Assembly (NCBI GenBank): GCA_046861655.1
Contig: JBHIAI010000002.1
Span: 1-64,000 of the forward strand
Length of the DNA stretch: 64,000 nt
DNA from: Fidelibacterota bacterium
GTDB taxonomy: Bacteria > Fidelibacterota > Marinisomatia > Marinisomatales > S15-B10
Reading direction: 5' to 3'
A program made the translations under genes and the position numbers. Below, one piece after another: positions 18,505 through 28,616 of this stretch. The number at the start of each line of letters is the position of its first letter. Within the stretch, counting starts at the first letter, position 1. The notes under the pieces are model-generated. The model saw nothing but the letters and a program-made list of their open reading frames with translations, did not search any database and was not told where the DNA came from.

Positions 18505-19293
18505 ATGACCAATATTGACCTGGGCTTATATCCCCGGCCCACCACCGAACGAGGCAAAGAGACCCCCGCCCCGGGGTATGCTCGAAAGGCACTCATTAAC
18601 GAATGGATAGGCGGGGTAACGGGAGCCATTCTGGCCCTGTTTATCTGGGGACACCTGGTGTTTGAAAGCACCATTCTGATCGGCAGAGGCGCCTATGATG
18701 CCGTGGCCAATTTTCTGGAGCACACCATCTACATTGCCCAGCCCACGGTCCTTTTCATCACCCTGGTGTTCTTTATTCATTTCGTGTGGAGCAGCCGGAA
18801 GATTCCGGCCAAACTCCGGGAAAGAAAGAGGATGATGAAATTGGGCCTTAGCATTAAACAGGCCAAGGGACGCTGGGATCAGGACCCCCGGAGTGAAATT
18901 CGCCTTCGGTACCATTTTGAGACTTCCCTATGGATCTGGCAGGTCCGCACGGGCTTCATCGTTCTTGCCACCGGTGCCTTTCACCTGTTTTTGGTCACCT
19001 GGAATATCTTTACGGATATGGGTGTTGCCGGACAGGAAGCGGGTCTTTCGGCCGCCATTGCTACCAGCAGGGTGGGCAGTGGTTTGTGGATCCTTTATGG
19101 GGTGCTGATGCTCTCGGTGGTGGCACATACCGCGATTGGGACTTACCGGTTGTTGGTGAAGTGGTTTGCCGATACTTGGTTTGTGCGGAAGTATGCCCGG
19201 ATCCTTTTCTATTTCCTGTTCTGGTTCTTTGTTGTTCTGGGGACGGCTACCGTCATTGGGTTGGCCGGTCCCTTGGAAGGGGTCCTGTCGTGA
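18505..19293 (+). CDS. frdC: Succinate dehydrogenase/fumarate reductase dihaem cytochrome b subunit (Wolinella FrdC-like)
   Basis: Five TMs with four His (WGHL, FIHF, AFHL, VAHT), WQVRTG, GTYRLLVKW. Confidence 0.85.
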   Translation: MTNIDLGLYPRPTTERGKETPAPGYARKALINEWIGGVTGAILALFIWGHLVFESTILIGRGAYDAVANFLEHTIYIAQPTVLFITLVFFIHFVWSSRKIPAKLRERKRMMKLGLSIKQAKGRWDQDPRSEIRLRYHFETSLWIWQVRTGFIVLATGAFHLFLVTWNIFTDMGVAGQEAGLSAAIATSRVGSGLWILYGVLMLSVVAHTAIGTYRLLVKWFADTWFVRKYARILFYFLFWFFVVLGTATVIGLAGPLEGVLS

Positions 19294-21257
19294 AGGTCCT
19301 GACATCGGATGTGTTGATCATCGGTGCCGGACTGGCCGGTGAACGGGTGGCCATCGCCTGTTCCAGCGAAGGTCTCGACGTTACCATGCTTTCCCTGGTT
19401 CCCCCCCGGCGCAGTCATTCCTGCGCCGCCCAGGGAGGGATGCAGGCCGCCCTGGGAAACAGCGTCATGGGCAAGGGGGACAACGCCACCGTTCACTGGC
19501 TCGATACAGTCCGGGGATCAGACTGGGGAAACGATCAGGAGGTTGCCCGTATTTTCGCCGACAATGCTCCCATTGCCATGCGGGAGATGGCCCATTTTGG
19601 AGTTCCCTGGAACCGGGTGAAGGGGGGTCCCCAGGAAGTCTTTATCAAGGGTAAGAAGACGACGATTACCGAGGAGCATGAGAAAGAGGGTCTGATCACC
19701 GCCCGGGCATTCGGCGGCACAGCCAAGTGGCGAACCTGCTACACAGCGGACGGAACCGGCCATTCCGTGCTTTATACCATGGACAATATGGTGGTACAGC
19801 TGGGCATTACCGTGCATGACAGAATGGAAGCTCTAAGACTCATTCACACCGATGGCCGGTGTGTTGGCGCCGTGGTCCGGTCCCTTCGTGACGGCGAAAT
19901 CCGGATCTATTTTGCCAGGGCCACGGTCATCGCTACGGGTGGCTACGGCCGCCTGTACGGCATATCCACGAATGCGATTATCAATGAGGGGACGGGATCG
20001 TGGCTGGCCCTTCAGACGGGGGAGGTTCCTCTGGGAAATATGGAGGCGGTGCAGTTTCACCCCACCGGTTTGGTCCCCACGGACATCCTGGTCACCGAAG
20101 GGTGCCGGGGAGACGGAGGAACGCTGCTCGACGCAGACGAATACCGGTTTATGCCCGATTACGAACCGGAAAAACAGGAGCTGGCATCTCGGGACGTGGT
20201 GTCCCGGCGCATGATGGAACACATCATGAAGGGAAAGGGAGCAAAATCCCCGTACGGAGATCATCTCTGGCTGGACCTGCGGCACCTGGGCGAGCATCAT
20301 CTTAAGACCAAGCTGCGGGAAGTGTACGATATCTGCACGCACTTTATCGGAGTGAATCCCATCAAGGAACTCATTCCCGTGAGACCCACCCAGCACTACT
20401 CCATGGGGGGGGTTCGGGTGAACAAGGAAGGTCAAGTCTACAGCATGGAGGGATTGTTCGCTGCCGGTGAGGCCTCCTGCTGGGACCTGCATGGGTTCAA
20501 CCGTCTCGGGGGTAATTCCCTGGCGGAGACGGTTGTGGCAGGCATGCTTGTGGGGGAACAGGCGGCCCGGTATGCCAGGGACGCGAATCTGGTGGCTGAT
20601 GTTTCACTGGCTGAAGGTTTTGCAGAGAAGGAGAAAGAAAAGATTGACAGGCTGCTAAACGGTAACGGAGACGAAAACGTTTACACCTTGAGGGATGAAA
20701 TATCCAAGGCTCTGATCAACGATGTGGGCATTTTCCGGAATGGAGAACGGCTTGAGAGAGCGGTTAGGACATTGAAGGATGTGGTGAGACGGACAGAGAA
20801 GGTAAAGGTTCGCACCCGGGCACCCGGGATGAACCCGGAATTATCCAGCGCCTTGCGCATTGAAGGGATGGCAAAACAGGCTCTGGTCATCGCCATGGGT
20901 GCCCTGGCCCGGACGGAATCCCGGGGGGCCCACTATCGGGAGGACTATCCTGCGAGGGACGACGCCAACTGGTTGAATCGAACCCTGGCCAGGTGGCCCG
21001 AAGGAGCGGATGAACCGGAATTCAATTACGAGCCGGTGGGAATCCTCGATCTTCCTCCCGGCGAACGGGGCTACGGTGAGGCCCGGCAGATACCCATGCG
21101 TCTGTCTCCTGAAGATTACAACCGGCAGGTTTATGAGGGACAGAAAGCAAACGGTCGTTTGGAGACGTCCGAAAGCATAGGGACGCGCCTTCCGAAAGAA
21201 GCATGGCGCAAGGAAGTGGAAGGGCTGGGAAGTCCATCCAGACAGGGGGCCCGGTAA
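19290..21257 (+). CDS. frdA: Fumarate reductase/succinate dehydrogenase flavoprotein (Wolinella-type)
   Basis: GAGLAG, RSHSCAAQGG, QFHPTG, EGCRGDGG, HYSMGG, HGFNRLGGNSL; GTG start overlapping the frdC stop. Confidence 0.95.
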   Translation: MKVLTSDVLIIGAGLAGERVAIACSSEGLDVTMLSLVPPRRSHSCAAQGGMQAALGNSVMGKGDNATVHWLDTVRGSDWGNDQEVARIFADNAPIAMREMAHFGVPWNRVKGGPQEVFIKGKKTTITEEHEKEGLITARAFGGTAKWRTCYTADGTGHSVLYTMDNMVVQLGITVHDRMEALRLIHTDGRCVGAVVRSLRDGEIRIYFARATVIATGGYGRLYGISTNAIINEGTGSWLALQTGEVPLGNMEAVQFHPTGLVPTDILVTEGCRGDGGTLLDADEYRFMPDYEPEKQELASRDVVSRRMMEHIMKGKGAKSPYGDHLWLDLRHLGEHHLKTKLREVYDICTHFIGVNPIKELIPVRPTQHYSMGGVRVNKEGQVYSMEGLFAAGEASCWDLHGFNRLGGNSLAETVVAGMLVGEQAARYARDANLVADVSLAEGFAEKEKEKIDRLLNGNGDENVYTLRDEISKALINDVGIFRNGERLERAVRTLKDVVRRTEKVKVRTRAPGMNPELSSALRIEGMAKQALVIAMGALARTESRGAHYREDYPARDDANWLNRTLARWPEGADEPEFNYEPVGILDLPPGERGYGEARQIPMRLSPEDYNRQVYEGQKANGRLETSESIGTRLPKEAWRKEVEGLGSPSRQGAR

Positions 21258-22015
21258 TGGGGCGGACGTTAACCTTCAGGATATTCCGCTATAACCCCAG
21301 CTTAGGGGACGATCAACCCAGAATCGAGACGTACAGGTTGGAAGAGACGCCCAGGCTAAATCTTTTTACCGCCCTTCACAAGATAAGAGAGGATCAGGCG
21401 CCCGGTCTTATGTTCGATTTTGTCTGCCGGGCCGGGGTTTGCGGTTCGTGTGGCATGATGATCAATGGCAGGCCCACCCTTGCCTGCAGGACCCTCACTT
21501 CCGATCTTCCCGGCACCATCGAATTGTACCCCCTGCCGTTTTTCAAACTCCTGGGCGACCTGTCGGTGGATACGGGTGTGTGGTTCCGTGAAATGGCCCA
21601 GCAGGTGGAATCGTGGATTCACACCCGGAAGGAGTTCGATCCCAGAGCGGAAGAGGAGCCCATGGACAACGATCTGGCCAACCGGATCTATGAATCAGAG
21701 CGCTGTATTGAATGTGGCTGCTGCATCGCCGGGTGTGCCACCGCCCTGGTGAATCGTGATTTTCTCGGGGCCGCCGGACTGTTCCGCATTGGCCGGTTTA
21801 TGATCGATCCCAGGGACCAGCGGGAAAACGAGGATTGGTTTGAGCTGGTCTCCACGGACGAAGGGGTGTTTGGATGTATCGGCATGATGAGCTGTGATGA
21901 TGTCTGCCCCAAAGATCTTCCCCTATTGGAAGTGTTTGCCTATATCCGCCGGAAAATGTCTGCGGCGGGCCTGAAGAGCCGGAAGAAAGAAGAACTCAAA
22001 ACTGCCAGAGTATGA
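21257..22015 (+). CDS. frdB: Fumarate reductase/succinate dehydrogenase iron-sulfur subunit
   Basis: CRAGVCGSC, CIECGCCIAGC, CIGMMSCDDVCP clusters. Confidence 0.95.
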   Translation: MGRTLTFRIFRYNPSLGDDQPRIETYRLEETPRLNLFTALHKIREDQAPGLMFDFVCRAGVCGSCGMMINGRPTLACRTLTSDLPGTIELYPLPFFKLLGDLSVDTGVWFREMAQQVESWIHTRKEFDPRAEEEPMDNDLANRIYESERCIECGCCIAGCATALVNRDFLGAAGLFRIGRFMIDPRDQRENEDWFELVSTDEGVFGCIGMMSCDDVCPKDLPLLEVFAYIRRKMSAAGLKSRKKEELKTARV

Positions 22016-22346
22016 CGGCCGTGATGGCCGTTCCCACCAGGGCGCTTCCGTAGCAGAAGACCGAAACCGGAGTTCTTACCTTCCGCAATCCCATATCGAT
22101 GAGTGCGTACCGGAAACGGTGGGCCCAGTGAAATAGAGGCAGGCTAATCACCGCGAAAAGGATCACTTGGATCGGGGGATGAGACAAAAGGGTATACAGG
22201 GTCTCCAGAAAAAGAGGGTCTTCATCCACTTTATGAAAGGGGAGAACAAATCCTGTCAGTACAATCAGAACGGGAAACAGAAGGGCGCTCACCATGCCGC
22301 CTGCCGAGAAAAGCATCCACCAGATGGGTTCGGATGATCTTGTCAT
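21996..22346 (-). CDS. frdD: Fumarate reductase subunit D (E. coli type)
   Basis: RSSEPIWWMLFSAGGMVSA...PLFHWAHR. Confidence 0.9.
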   Translation of the reverse strand: MTRSSEPIWWMLFSAGGMVSALLFPVLIVLTGFVLPFHKVDEDPLFLETLYTLLSHPPIQVILFAVISLPLFHWAHRFRYALIDMGLRKVRTPVSVFCYGSALVGTAITAVILWQF

Positions 22347-22349
22347 TCC

Positions 22350-22748
22350 CTATCCTCCCAATACCATCCAACCCACGGCCAGGGAGAGAACGATCCAACC
22401 CGCGTAGATGGCTCCGGCGATGAGGGCCGGAGGAACCCGCTCTTCTCCGATCCGCAAAACCAGAATCTTAGGGGTGAGGTTGAACCATGTCACGGTGTGG
22501 TAAAGAACAGGGGGAAGGGCCAGGGCGTGAAAAATGATGCTAACCGGGGACTTCATGAGTGCAGCCACATCCGGATAGGCGGTGGACCCCCGGGCGAACC
22601 TGGCAATCATGATCAGGAGAAATACGCAGTAACCAGCTACAAAAAGGCTGGTGAATTCCCGGGCCATGAAGAGAAAATAGGGGCGTCTTCTTATCCACCA
22701 CGTGTTCGGAAATTGTCTGTGATAGGGGGTCACCGTTTCCTGCCCCAC
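22350..22748 (-). CDS. frdC: Fumarate reductase subunit C (E. coli type)
   Basis: PYHR...WW...[11 protein letters not shown]...[11 protein letters not shown]; start refined to GTG at 22748. Confidence 0.88.
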   Translation of the reverse strand: MGQETVTPYHRQFPNTWWIRRRPYFLFMAREFTSLFVAGYCVFLLIMIARFARGSTAYPDVAALMKSPVSIIFHALALPPVLYHTVTWFNLTPKILVLRIGEERVPPALIAGAIYAGWIVLSLAVGWMVLGG

Positions 22749-23476
22749 GGCAGTAGGACTTCCTTCATGAAAGAAAGCGACGAAGGGAGTTTGGCCCGCT
22801 GAATGGCGGCGGCGGGGTCCACATCCTTGGGACAGACAGCACTGCACTCTCCCACGTAGCTGCACTCCCAGATTCCTTCGTGGCCGGTCACGGCTTCGTG
22901 CCGCTCTTTTTTCCCCAGGTCCCGGGAATCGAGGTTGTAGCGTTGCGCAAGGGCGATGGCTGCGGGTCCGATGAAAGTGGAATCAAGAGCGTACACCGGA
23001 CAGGCGGCATAACACAGCATGCAGTTAATACACATAGAATACTGTCTGTACCGTTCCAGTTCACCCGGAGACTGAAGGTATTCTCCTTCGTCCAGAGATT
23101 TTTCTTCTTCCCGGATGATCCAGGGCTTAACGGCATTAAGCTTGTCCATGAAATCGTCCATCACCACTACCAGATCTCTCTCCACGGGAAACCCTGTCAG
23201 TGGCTCTACCCGTACGGGGCCGGGCGCATAGTCCCGGATGAAAGCACCGCAGGTGAGAACAGGAACGCCGTTGACCATCATGCCACAGCTGCCGCAGACC
23301 CCCATGCGGCATGACCACCGGTACGAGAGGGATCCGTCTAGTTCATCCTTGATGTAATTCAGGGCATCCAGAATCACCCAATCTTCCCTGAAGGAAACCT
23401 CGTAGGTGTCAAACGTCGGTTCCTTCTCCTGCTCCGGTCGATAGCGGAGTACTTCGAGTGGAATCTTATTAGCCAT
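22730..23476 (-). CDS. frdB: Fumarate reductase iron-sulfur subunit (E. coli type)
   Basis: [48 protein letters not shown]. Confidence 0.95.
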   Translation of the reverse strand: MANKIPLEVLRYRPEQEKEPTFDTYEVSFREDWVILDALNYIKDELDGSLSYRWSCRMGVCGSCGMMVNGVPVLTCGAFIRDYAPGPVRVEPLTGFPVERDLVVVMDDFMDKLNAVKPWIIREEEKSLDEGEYLQSPGELERYRQYSMCINCMLCYAACPVYALDSTFIGPAAIALAQRYNLDSRDLGKKERHEAVTGHEGIWECSYVGECSAVCPKDVDPAAAIQRAKLPSSLSFMKEVLLPWGRKR

Positions 23477-23527
23477 GAGCACTGGGCTGTCGGCTTTCAG
23501 CTGGGGTTATGCTGACGGCGGAGAGTT

Positions 23528-25282
23528 TTATCTTCCATAAACTCGTTCTGCGGGCGGCCAGCGGGTGATAACCACATCCTTATGATCTATTCTCGGGTCC
23601 CCGTCCGTTCGAAAAGCAAGCGTATGTTTGAGATAGTTCTTGTCGTCCCTTTCCGGATGGTCGGTACGCTGGTGGGATCCCCGGCTCTCCCGTCTGGAAA
23701 CGGCACTGTGGGCCACAACCCGGGCCACGTCGAGCATGAAATCCAGTTCCAGGGCGGAGGTGAGCTCGGTGTTGAAGGTAAGGGTCCGGTCATCGAGTAC
23801 AAGGTTTGAAAACCGTTCCCGGAGTTCGGACAGTTTTTCGCAGCAGGTTTTCAGCCCCGTTTCTGTCCGGTAGATGCCGGCGCCGTCTTCCATGGCATTG
23901 CGCATTTCATCCCTGAGAACGGCGATCCGTTCGGACCCCTTCTCCTTCCGAATAAAGCTTTCGGCAATTCTCTTATCTTCATGGGCGCCCAGTTTCTCCA
24001 GTGAACTCGTGTCAAGGTCCTGGTTTTCCCGGGCAAATGTGGCGGACGCCTTCCCTGCCCTGGCTCCGAACACCATGAGTTTGGTCAGGGAGTTGGATCC
24101 CAGGCGGTTGGCACCGTTGATGGAAATGCAGGCCACCTCCCCCACAGCATACAGTCCCGGTAGAACGGTGGCTCCGTCGATATCCGTATCCACGCCCCCC
24201 ATGAAGTAATGGAGAACAGGCCGTACACCGATGGGTTCGTGGACCGGGTCAACACCGGCATATTTCGTGGCGAGCTCCCGGACGAAGGGAAGCTTCCTGT
24301 CGATCTTTTTCTTTTCCAGGTGCCGAAGATCAAGATGTACTACGTCGCCATGGGGGGTGGAAATCGTCCGCCCCTTTTCCAGCTCTTTCATGAAAGCCTG
24401 GCTCAGTCGATCCCTGGGACCCAGCTCCATACTTTTCTTCACAGGGTGTCTGGGATCGGTAACCTCCAACGGGGTGCCAAGATCGTAGTCCTGAAGATAG
24501 CGATAGCCGTCCTTATTGACCAGAATGCCCCCCTCCCCCCGGGCGGCCTCGGTAATGAGGATACCCGTTCCCGGGAGGCCTGTGGGGTGGTACTGGACAA
24601 ACTCCATGTCCTTCAGTGGCACTCCGGCCCGGTAGGCCATGGCCATGCCGTCCCCTGTTTTGATGGAGCCGTTCGTGGTAAAGGGGAAGACCCTGCCCGC
24701 ACCACCGGTGGAAAGGATGGTGGCCTTAGCTGAAATCACCTCCAGCTTGCCCGACCGGAGTTCCAGGGCGGTGATTCCCTGGCACCGTCCGTTCACGGTG
24801 AGGATTTTCGTGGCAAACCATTCGTCATAACGGGTGATGTTGTCGTACTTAAGGGAGGTCTGGAACAGAGTGTGAAGCATGTGAAAACCCGTCTTATCCG
24901 CGGCGAACCAGGTCCGTTCGGTTTTCATGCCCCCGAATGGCCGGACAGCAACGGTTCCATCAGGTTCACGGCTCCACGGACACCCCCAGTGCTCAAGCTG
25001 GATCAGTTCCTCCGGTGCCTTTCCGACGAACAGTTCCACGGCGTCCTGGTCCGAAAGCCAATCACCTCCCGCGATGGTGTCCAGGCAGTGGTCCTCCAGG
25101 GTGTCGTTGTCCTTGATGACGGCGGCTGCCCCTCCTTCTGCGGCCACAGTGTGGCTTCGCATAGGGTAGACCTTACTCACCACGGCGACACTGAGAGAGG
25201 GATCGGTCTGACCGATGGCGATGGCGGCCCTCAGGCCTGCTCCACCGCCACCAACGATGACGATATCATGCTGGATCGGCAT
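23528..25282 (-). CDS. frdA: Fumarate reductase flavoprotein (E. coli type)
   Basis: [60 protein letters not shown]-terminus. Confidence 0.95.
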   Translation of the reverse strand: MPIQHDIVIVGGGGAGLRAAIAIGQTDPSLSVAVVSKVYPMRSHTVAAEGGAAAVIKDNDTLEDHCLDTIAGGDWLSDQDAVELFVGKAPEELIQLEHWGCPWSREPDGTVAVRPFGGMKTERTWFAADKTGFHMLHTLFQTSLKYDNITRYDEWFATKILTVNGRCQGITALELRSGKLEVISAKATILSTGGAGRVFPFTTNGSIKTGDGMAMAYRAGVPLKDMEFVQYHPTGLPGTGILITEAARGEGGILVNKDGYRYLQDYDLGTPLEVTDPRHPVKKSMELGPRDRLSQAFMKELEKGRTISTPHGDVVHLDLRHLEKKKIDRKLPFVRELATKYAGVDPVHEPIGVRPVLHYFMGGVDTDIDGATVLPGLYAVGEVACISINGANRLGSNSLTKLMVFGARAGKASATFARENQDLDTSSLEKLGAHEDKRIAESFIRKEKGSERIAVLRDEMRNAMEDGAGIYRTETGLKTCCEKLSELRERFSNLVLDDRTLTFNTELTSALELDFMLDVARVVAHSAVSRRESRGSHQRTDHPERDDKNYLKHTLAFRTDGDPRIDHKDVVITRWPPAERVYGR

Positions 25283-25354
25283 AGAAATCCGGGAAACGTA
25301 CACCTGCAGGCCGTAAACGTTAACCCTCGCCCTGGGAAAGTTACAACGGAAAAA

Positions 25355-25741
25355 TCAGGCCCCGATGTTTCGGTCTCCCCTATTCAGCTTGACCGTCGCC
25401 CACAAGCTCACGAGGTAAAGGATGAAAAGGACCCAGGTAAGGGTGATAAAGGGGGAATCGGGGATGAACCTGTATTCCAGATAGAACAGGAGCCCCATGA
25501 AAATTCCCAGAACGGAAAGTAGGGTATTCCGGGCTCTCCGGGTCCCCATTAAGGTGATGACCAGATAGCCACAGATCATCCCCCCAAGGCCCAGCATCCA
25601 CAATCCGAAAAAGCGGGAGATCCCGTCATCCTGAACCCACGGTGGGTTCCCGATGAAGTAAAGTCCCAGGACAAAGGTGACCAGGGCCATGACGAATAGA
25701 GGGACCCAACTGAGGACGTGGAGAAGCTTCAAGGAGATCAT
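25355..25741 (-). CDS. Hypothetical membrane protein (4 TM)
   Basis: Four hydrophobic segments; start refined to MISLKLL. Confidence 0.6.
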   Translation of the reverse strand: MISLKLLHVLSWVPLFVMALVTFVLGLYFIGNPPWVQDDGISRFFGLWMLGLGGMICGYLVITLMGTRRARNTLLSVLGIFMGLLFYLEYRFIPDSPFITLTWVLFILYLVSLWATVKLNRGDRNIGA

Positions 25742-25872
25742 ATCAACCCTTGCGCAAAGTTTGAAAAGAGGGAGATAAGAGTCCAGATATTTCAAAGGAG
25801 CACTTCATCACGCCGTCCCTCCAGCCCACCCTTCTAACAGCAGGGGGGCAGGGGATGTTGAGGCCAATTGTC

Positions 25873-25901
25873 TTGACAGGCATACCCGACCGAGTTAGTT
25901 T
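25873..25901 (+). promoter_or_regulatory. Sigma70-type promoter for ggt
   Basis: TTGACA-17 nt-TAGTTT, 10 nt before ATG. Confidence 0.5.
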
Positions 25902-25911
25902 CGGTTTATCC

Positions 25912-27468
25912 ATGAACAACTTGATTTCTGCCGGGGATCGGACTACGGTGGAGGCAGGCCGGGTGGTCCTTGAGAAGGGAGGAAATGCCTTCGACGCGGC
26001 CGTAGGGGCCTCGTTTACGGCCATGGTGGCGGAACCGGCCCTCACCAGTCCCGGCGGCGGGGGCCACCTTATGGCTCATCCAGTGGACCGGCCACCTGAA
26101 GTGTTCGACTTTTTTGTCAACACACCGTCCGGAATGGTCAGCGAATCAGACCTCGATTTTTTCGCGGTGGACGTGGACTTCGGGGGCGTCACCCAGGAAT
26201 TCCACACGGGGAAAGGTTCGGCTGCTGTTCCCGGAAACGTGGCGGGACTGTTGGCCGTGCACGAACGGCTGGGACGCATACCCCTTGCCGAGGTTCTGGA
26301 ACCCGCCGTTGTGGCAGCCAAGGAAGGGGTTATCCTTTCCCCTGTCCAAGCCTATCTTCTGAAGATTCTAACCCCTATCCTCACCCATGAAGGCAGAGGA
26401 CAGGCCTTGTTTGCCCAGGAGGGAGAACCGCTGGGCGAGGGCGATCGGCTGATGATGCCGGCACTGGCCGACTTTCTGTTTGTCCTGGGCCGGGAGGGAG
26501 CTGATCTTATGTACAGGGGAGAGGTAGCGAACCTTATTTGTGAATGGGCGAAGAACGGGGGTCTCATTGTCAGGAAGGACCTGGAGTCCTACCGCGTCGT
26601 GGAACGAAAGCCCCTAAGAAGTTCATTCAGAACCTACACGGCTCTTCTGAATCCTCCTCCGGCCGTTAGTGGCCTGCTGGTGGATTTTGCTCTCCGTCTT
26701 CTGGATGCAGCGGGGTGCTTCAGAACCGGTTCCCTGCCCCTGAAGGAACTCGTTCTCGCCTTTGAGGAGACCGACCGGATACGGGGACGGGAATTAGGCC
26801 GGGGCCTGGTGGACGAGGATACCCCACCATTGTCGACACAACCGTTCTTTCTCGATTCTGTTCGGCGATTCAGGAGCCTCACTCACGAGCCCCTGATCGA
26901 AGGATCACAGGAAGGAGGTGGAAGCACGACCCACATCAGTGTTCTGGATCGCCAAGGCAATGCTGCCAGTGTAACCACCACCAACGGGGAGGGGTGCGGG
27001 TACGTACTGCCGGATGCCGGATTCATGTTAAACAATATGCTGGGAGAGCAGGACTTAAGTCCCGGCGGGTTTCACCGGTACCCACCGGGCGTTCGCCTTC
27101 CGTCCATGTTGGCCCCTACCATCGTGCTGTCGTCCCCGTCAGGATCCGGGCGCGGGTTTCGACCTGTTTTGCTGACTGGCACCGCCGGGAGTAACCGGAT
27201 CCGTTCCGTGGTGGTACAAATCCTGGTCAATCATCTCTGCAAAGGAATGGACCTGGAAAAGACCACCAAGGCTCCCCGGGTGCACCTGGAAGGCGATGTA
27301 CTGCATGTGGAGCCGGGGATTCCGGAGAGAGAATTGAGGGACCTGGAAAATCGATACGCCGTGGAGCGGTGGGAACAGTACAATCTATTCTTTGGGGGCG
27401 CCAATTCCGTCACGCCAGAACAGGCGATGGGGGACCCCCGCAGGGGAGGGGTCAGCCTTATCTTCTAA
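25912..27468 (+). CDS. ggt: Gamma-glutamyltransferase family protein
   Basis: GGNAFDAAV, AVPG, STTHISVLD...SVTTT nucleophile, NNMLGE, SMLAPT, DPRRGG. Confidence 0.92.
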   Translation: MNNLISAGDRTTVEAGRVVLEKGGNAFDAAVGASFTAMVAEPALTSPGGGGHLMAHPVDRPPEVFDFFVNTPSGMVSESDLDFFAVDVDFGGVTQEFHTGKGSAAVPGNVAGLLAVHERLGRIPLAEVLEPAVVAAKEGVILSPVQAYLLKILTPILTHEGRGQALFAQEGEPLGEGDRLMMPALADFLFVLGREGADLMYRGEVANLICEWAKNGGLIVRKDLESYRVVERKPLRSSFRTYTALLNPPPAVSGLLVDFALRLLDAAGCFRTGSLPLKELVLAFEETDRIRGRELGRGLVDEDTPPLSTQPFFLDSVRRFRSLTHEPLIEGSQEGGGSTTHISVLDRQGNAASVTTTNGEGCGYVLPDAGFMLNNMLGEQDLSPGGFHRYPPGVRLPSMLAPTIVLSSPSGSGRGFRPVLLTGTAGSNRIRSVVVQILVNHLCKGMDLEKTTKAPRVHLEGDVLHVEPGIPERELRDLENRYAVERWEQYNLFFGGANSVTPEQAMGDPRRGGVSLIF

Positions 27469-27484
27469 AGAAGGGAGACCGACT

Positions 27485-28612
27485 ATGGGCATCGTTTTCC
27501 ACAGTTCGCTGGAACCCACCCTCGGAGTGGAGGTAGAACTGCAGATTGTGGATCTTGAGACCAGGCAACTGGTGTCAGTGGCCCCTGAGATACTGAAACA
27601 TTTCGAGGGCAATCCCCACGTGAAGCCAGAGCTCCTTCAGTCCACCATCGAGTTGAACACCGGGATCTGCAAGCATGTGGGAGAAGTGAGGAGAGATCTG
27701 GAAGGCCTGATGGAACAGATTCAGCCCATCTGTGACGATCTGGGATGTGCCATGATGTCAGCAGGCACCCATCCCACGGCAGTGTGGCCTGAACAAACCA
27801 TCACGGACGACAAGCGGTATCAACAGCTGGTGGACCGGGTCCAGTGGCCCGCCCAGAGGCTGATGATTTTTGGTCTTCATGTTCACGTAGGGATTAACAG
27901 TCCCGAAAAGGCGATTGCCCTGTTTAATGCTCTCTCTGGGTATATCCCTCATCTCCTGGCCGTGTCCGCCAGCTCTCCCTTCTGGCAGGGAAATGACACG
28001 GGGCTGGCGTCAGTCAGGGTCAAGGTATTTGAGACCCTTCCCACGGCGGGACTTCCGTACAGGATGCTTAACTGGGGGGAATTCCAGCGGTTCATGAAAA
28101 CCCTGGTGGAGGCCAGGGCCATTGAAACCATCCGGGAAGTGTGGTGGGATATCCGGCCTCATCCAGGGTTTGGTACGGTGGAGATGCGCATGTGTGACGG
28201 CCTTCCCACCATGAGCGAACTGGTGTCCGTGGTCGCCCTCATCCACTCTCTGGTGGTCTGGCTGGGGCAACAGTACGATGAGGGGGACATGTTGCAGCTT
28301 GACCGGCACTGGGTCATTCGGGAAAACAAGTGGCGAGCAGCCCGGTGGAGCTTGGACGCTGACATCATTCTGGATGATCAGGGCACCCGGGAAACGATAT
28401 CACGGAGTCTCAAACGTCTCGTGGATGACCTGGTTCCCATCAGTGACCGGCTTAACTGCAGGAAGGAACTGGAGGGAATCCGGGATATCATGGGATCAGG
28501 CCCCAGCTATCAAAGACAGAGGGCGATCTATCAGAAGACAGGGCGGTTTGAGCCCGTGGTGGATGCGCTGATTGAGGAATGGAAGACAGACAGGAGGGTG
28601 AACCCAGCCTAG
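27485..28612 (+). CDS. Glutamate--cysteine ligase / carboxylate-amine ligase (YbdK/GCS2 family)
   Basis: TLGVEVELQIVD, AGTHP, FGLHVHVG, SASSPFW, WWDIRPHPGFGTVEMR, ENKWRAARW. Confidence 0.92.
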   Translation: MGIVFHSSLEPTLGVEVELQIVDLETRQLVSVAPEILKHFEGNPHVKPELLQSTIELNTGICKHVGEVRRDLEGLMEQIQPICDDLGCAMMSAGTHPTAVWPEQTITDDKRYQQLVDRVQWPAQRLMIFGLHVHVGINSPEKAIALFNALSGYIPHLLAVSASSPFWQGNDTGLASVRVKVFETLPTAGLPYRMLNWGEFQRFMKTLVEARAIETIREVWWDIRPHPGFGTVEMRMCDGLPTMSELVSVVALIHSLVVWLGQQYDEGDMLQLDRHWVIRENKWRAARWSLDADIILDDQGTRETISRSLKRLVDDLVPISDRLNCRKELEGIRDIMGSGPSYQRQRAIYQKTGRFEPVVDALIEEWKTDRRVNPA

Positions 28613-28616
28613 GCTA

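Noticed and set aside
18930..19289. N-terminal extension of FrdA in the ORF track
   Set aside because: Overlaps frdC in another frame; the FAD-binding motif begins just after GTG 19290.
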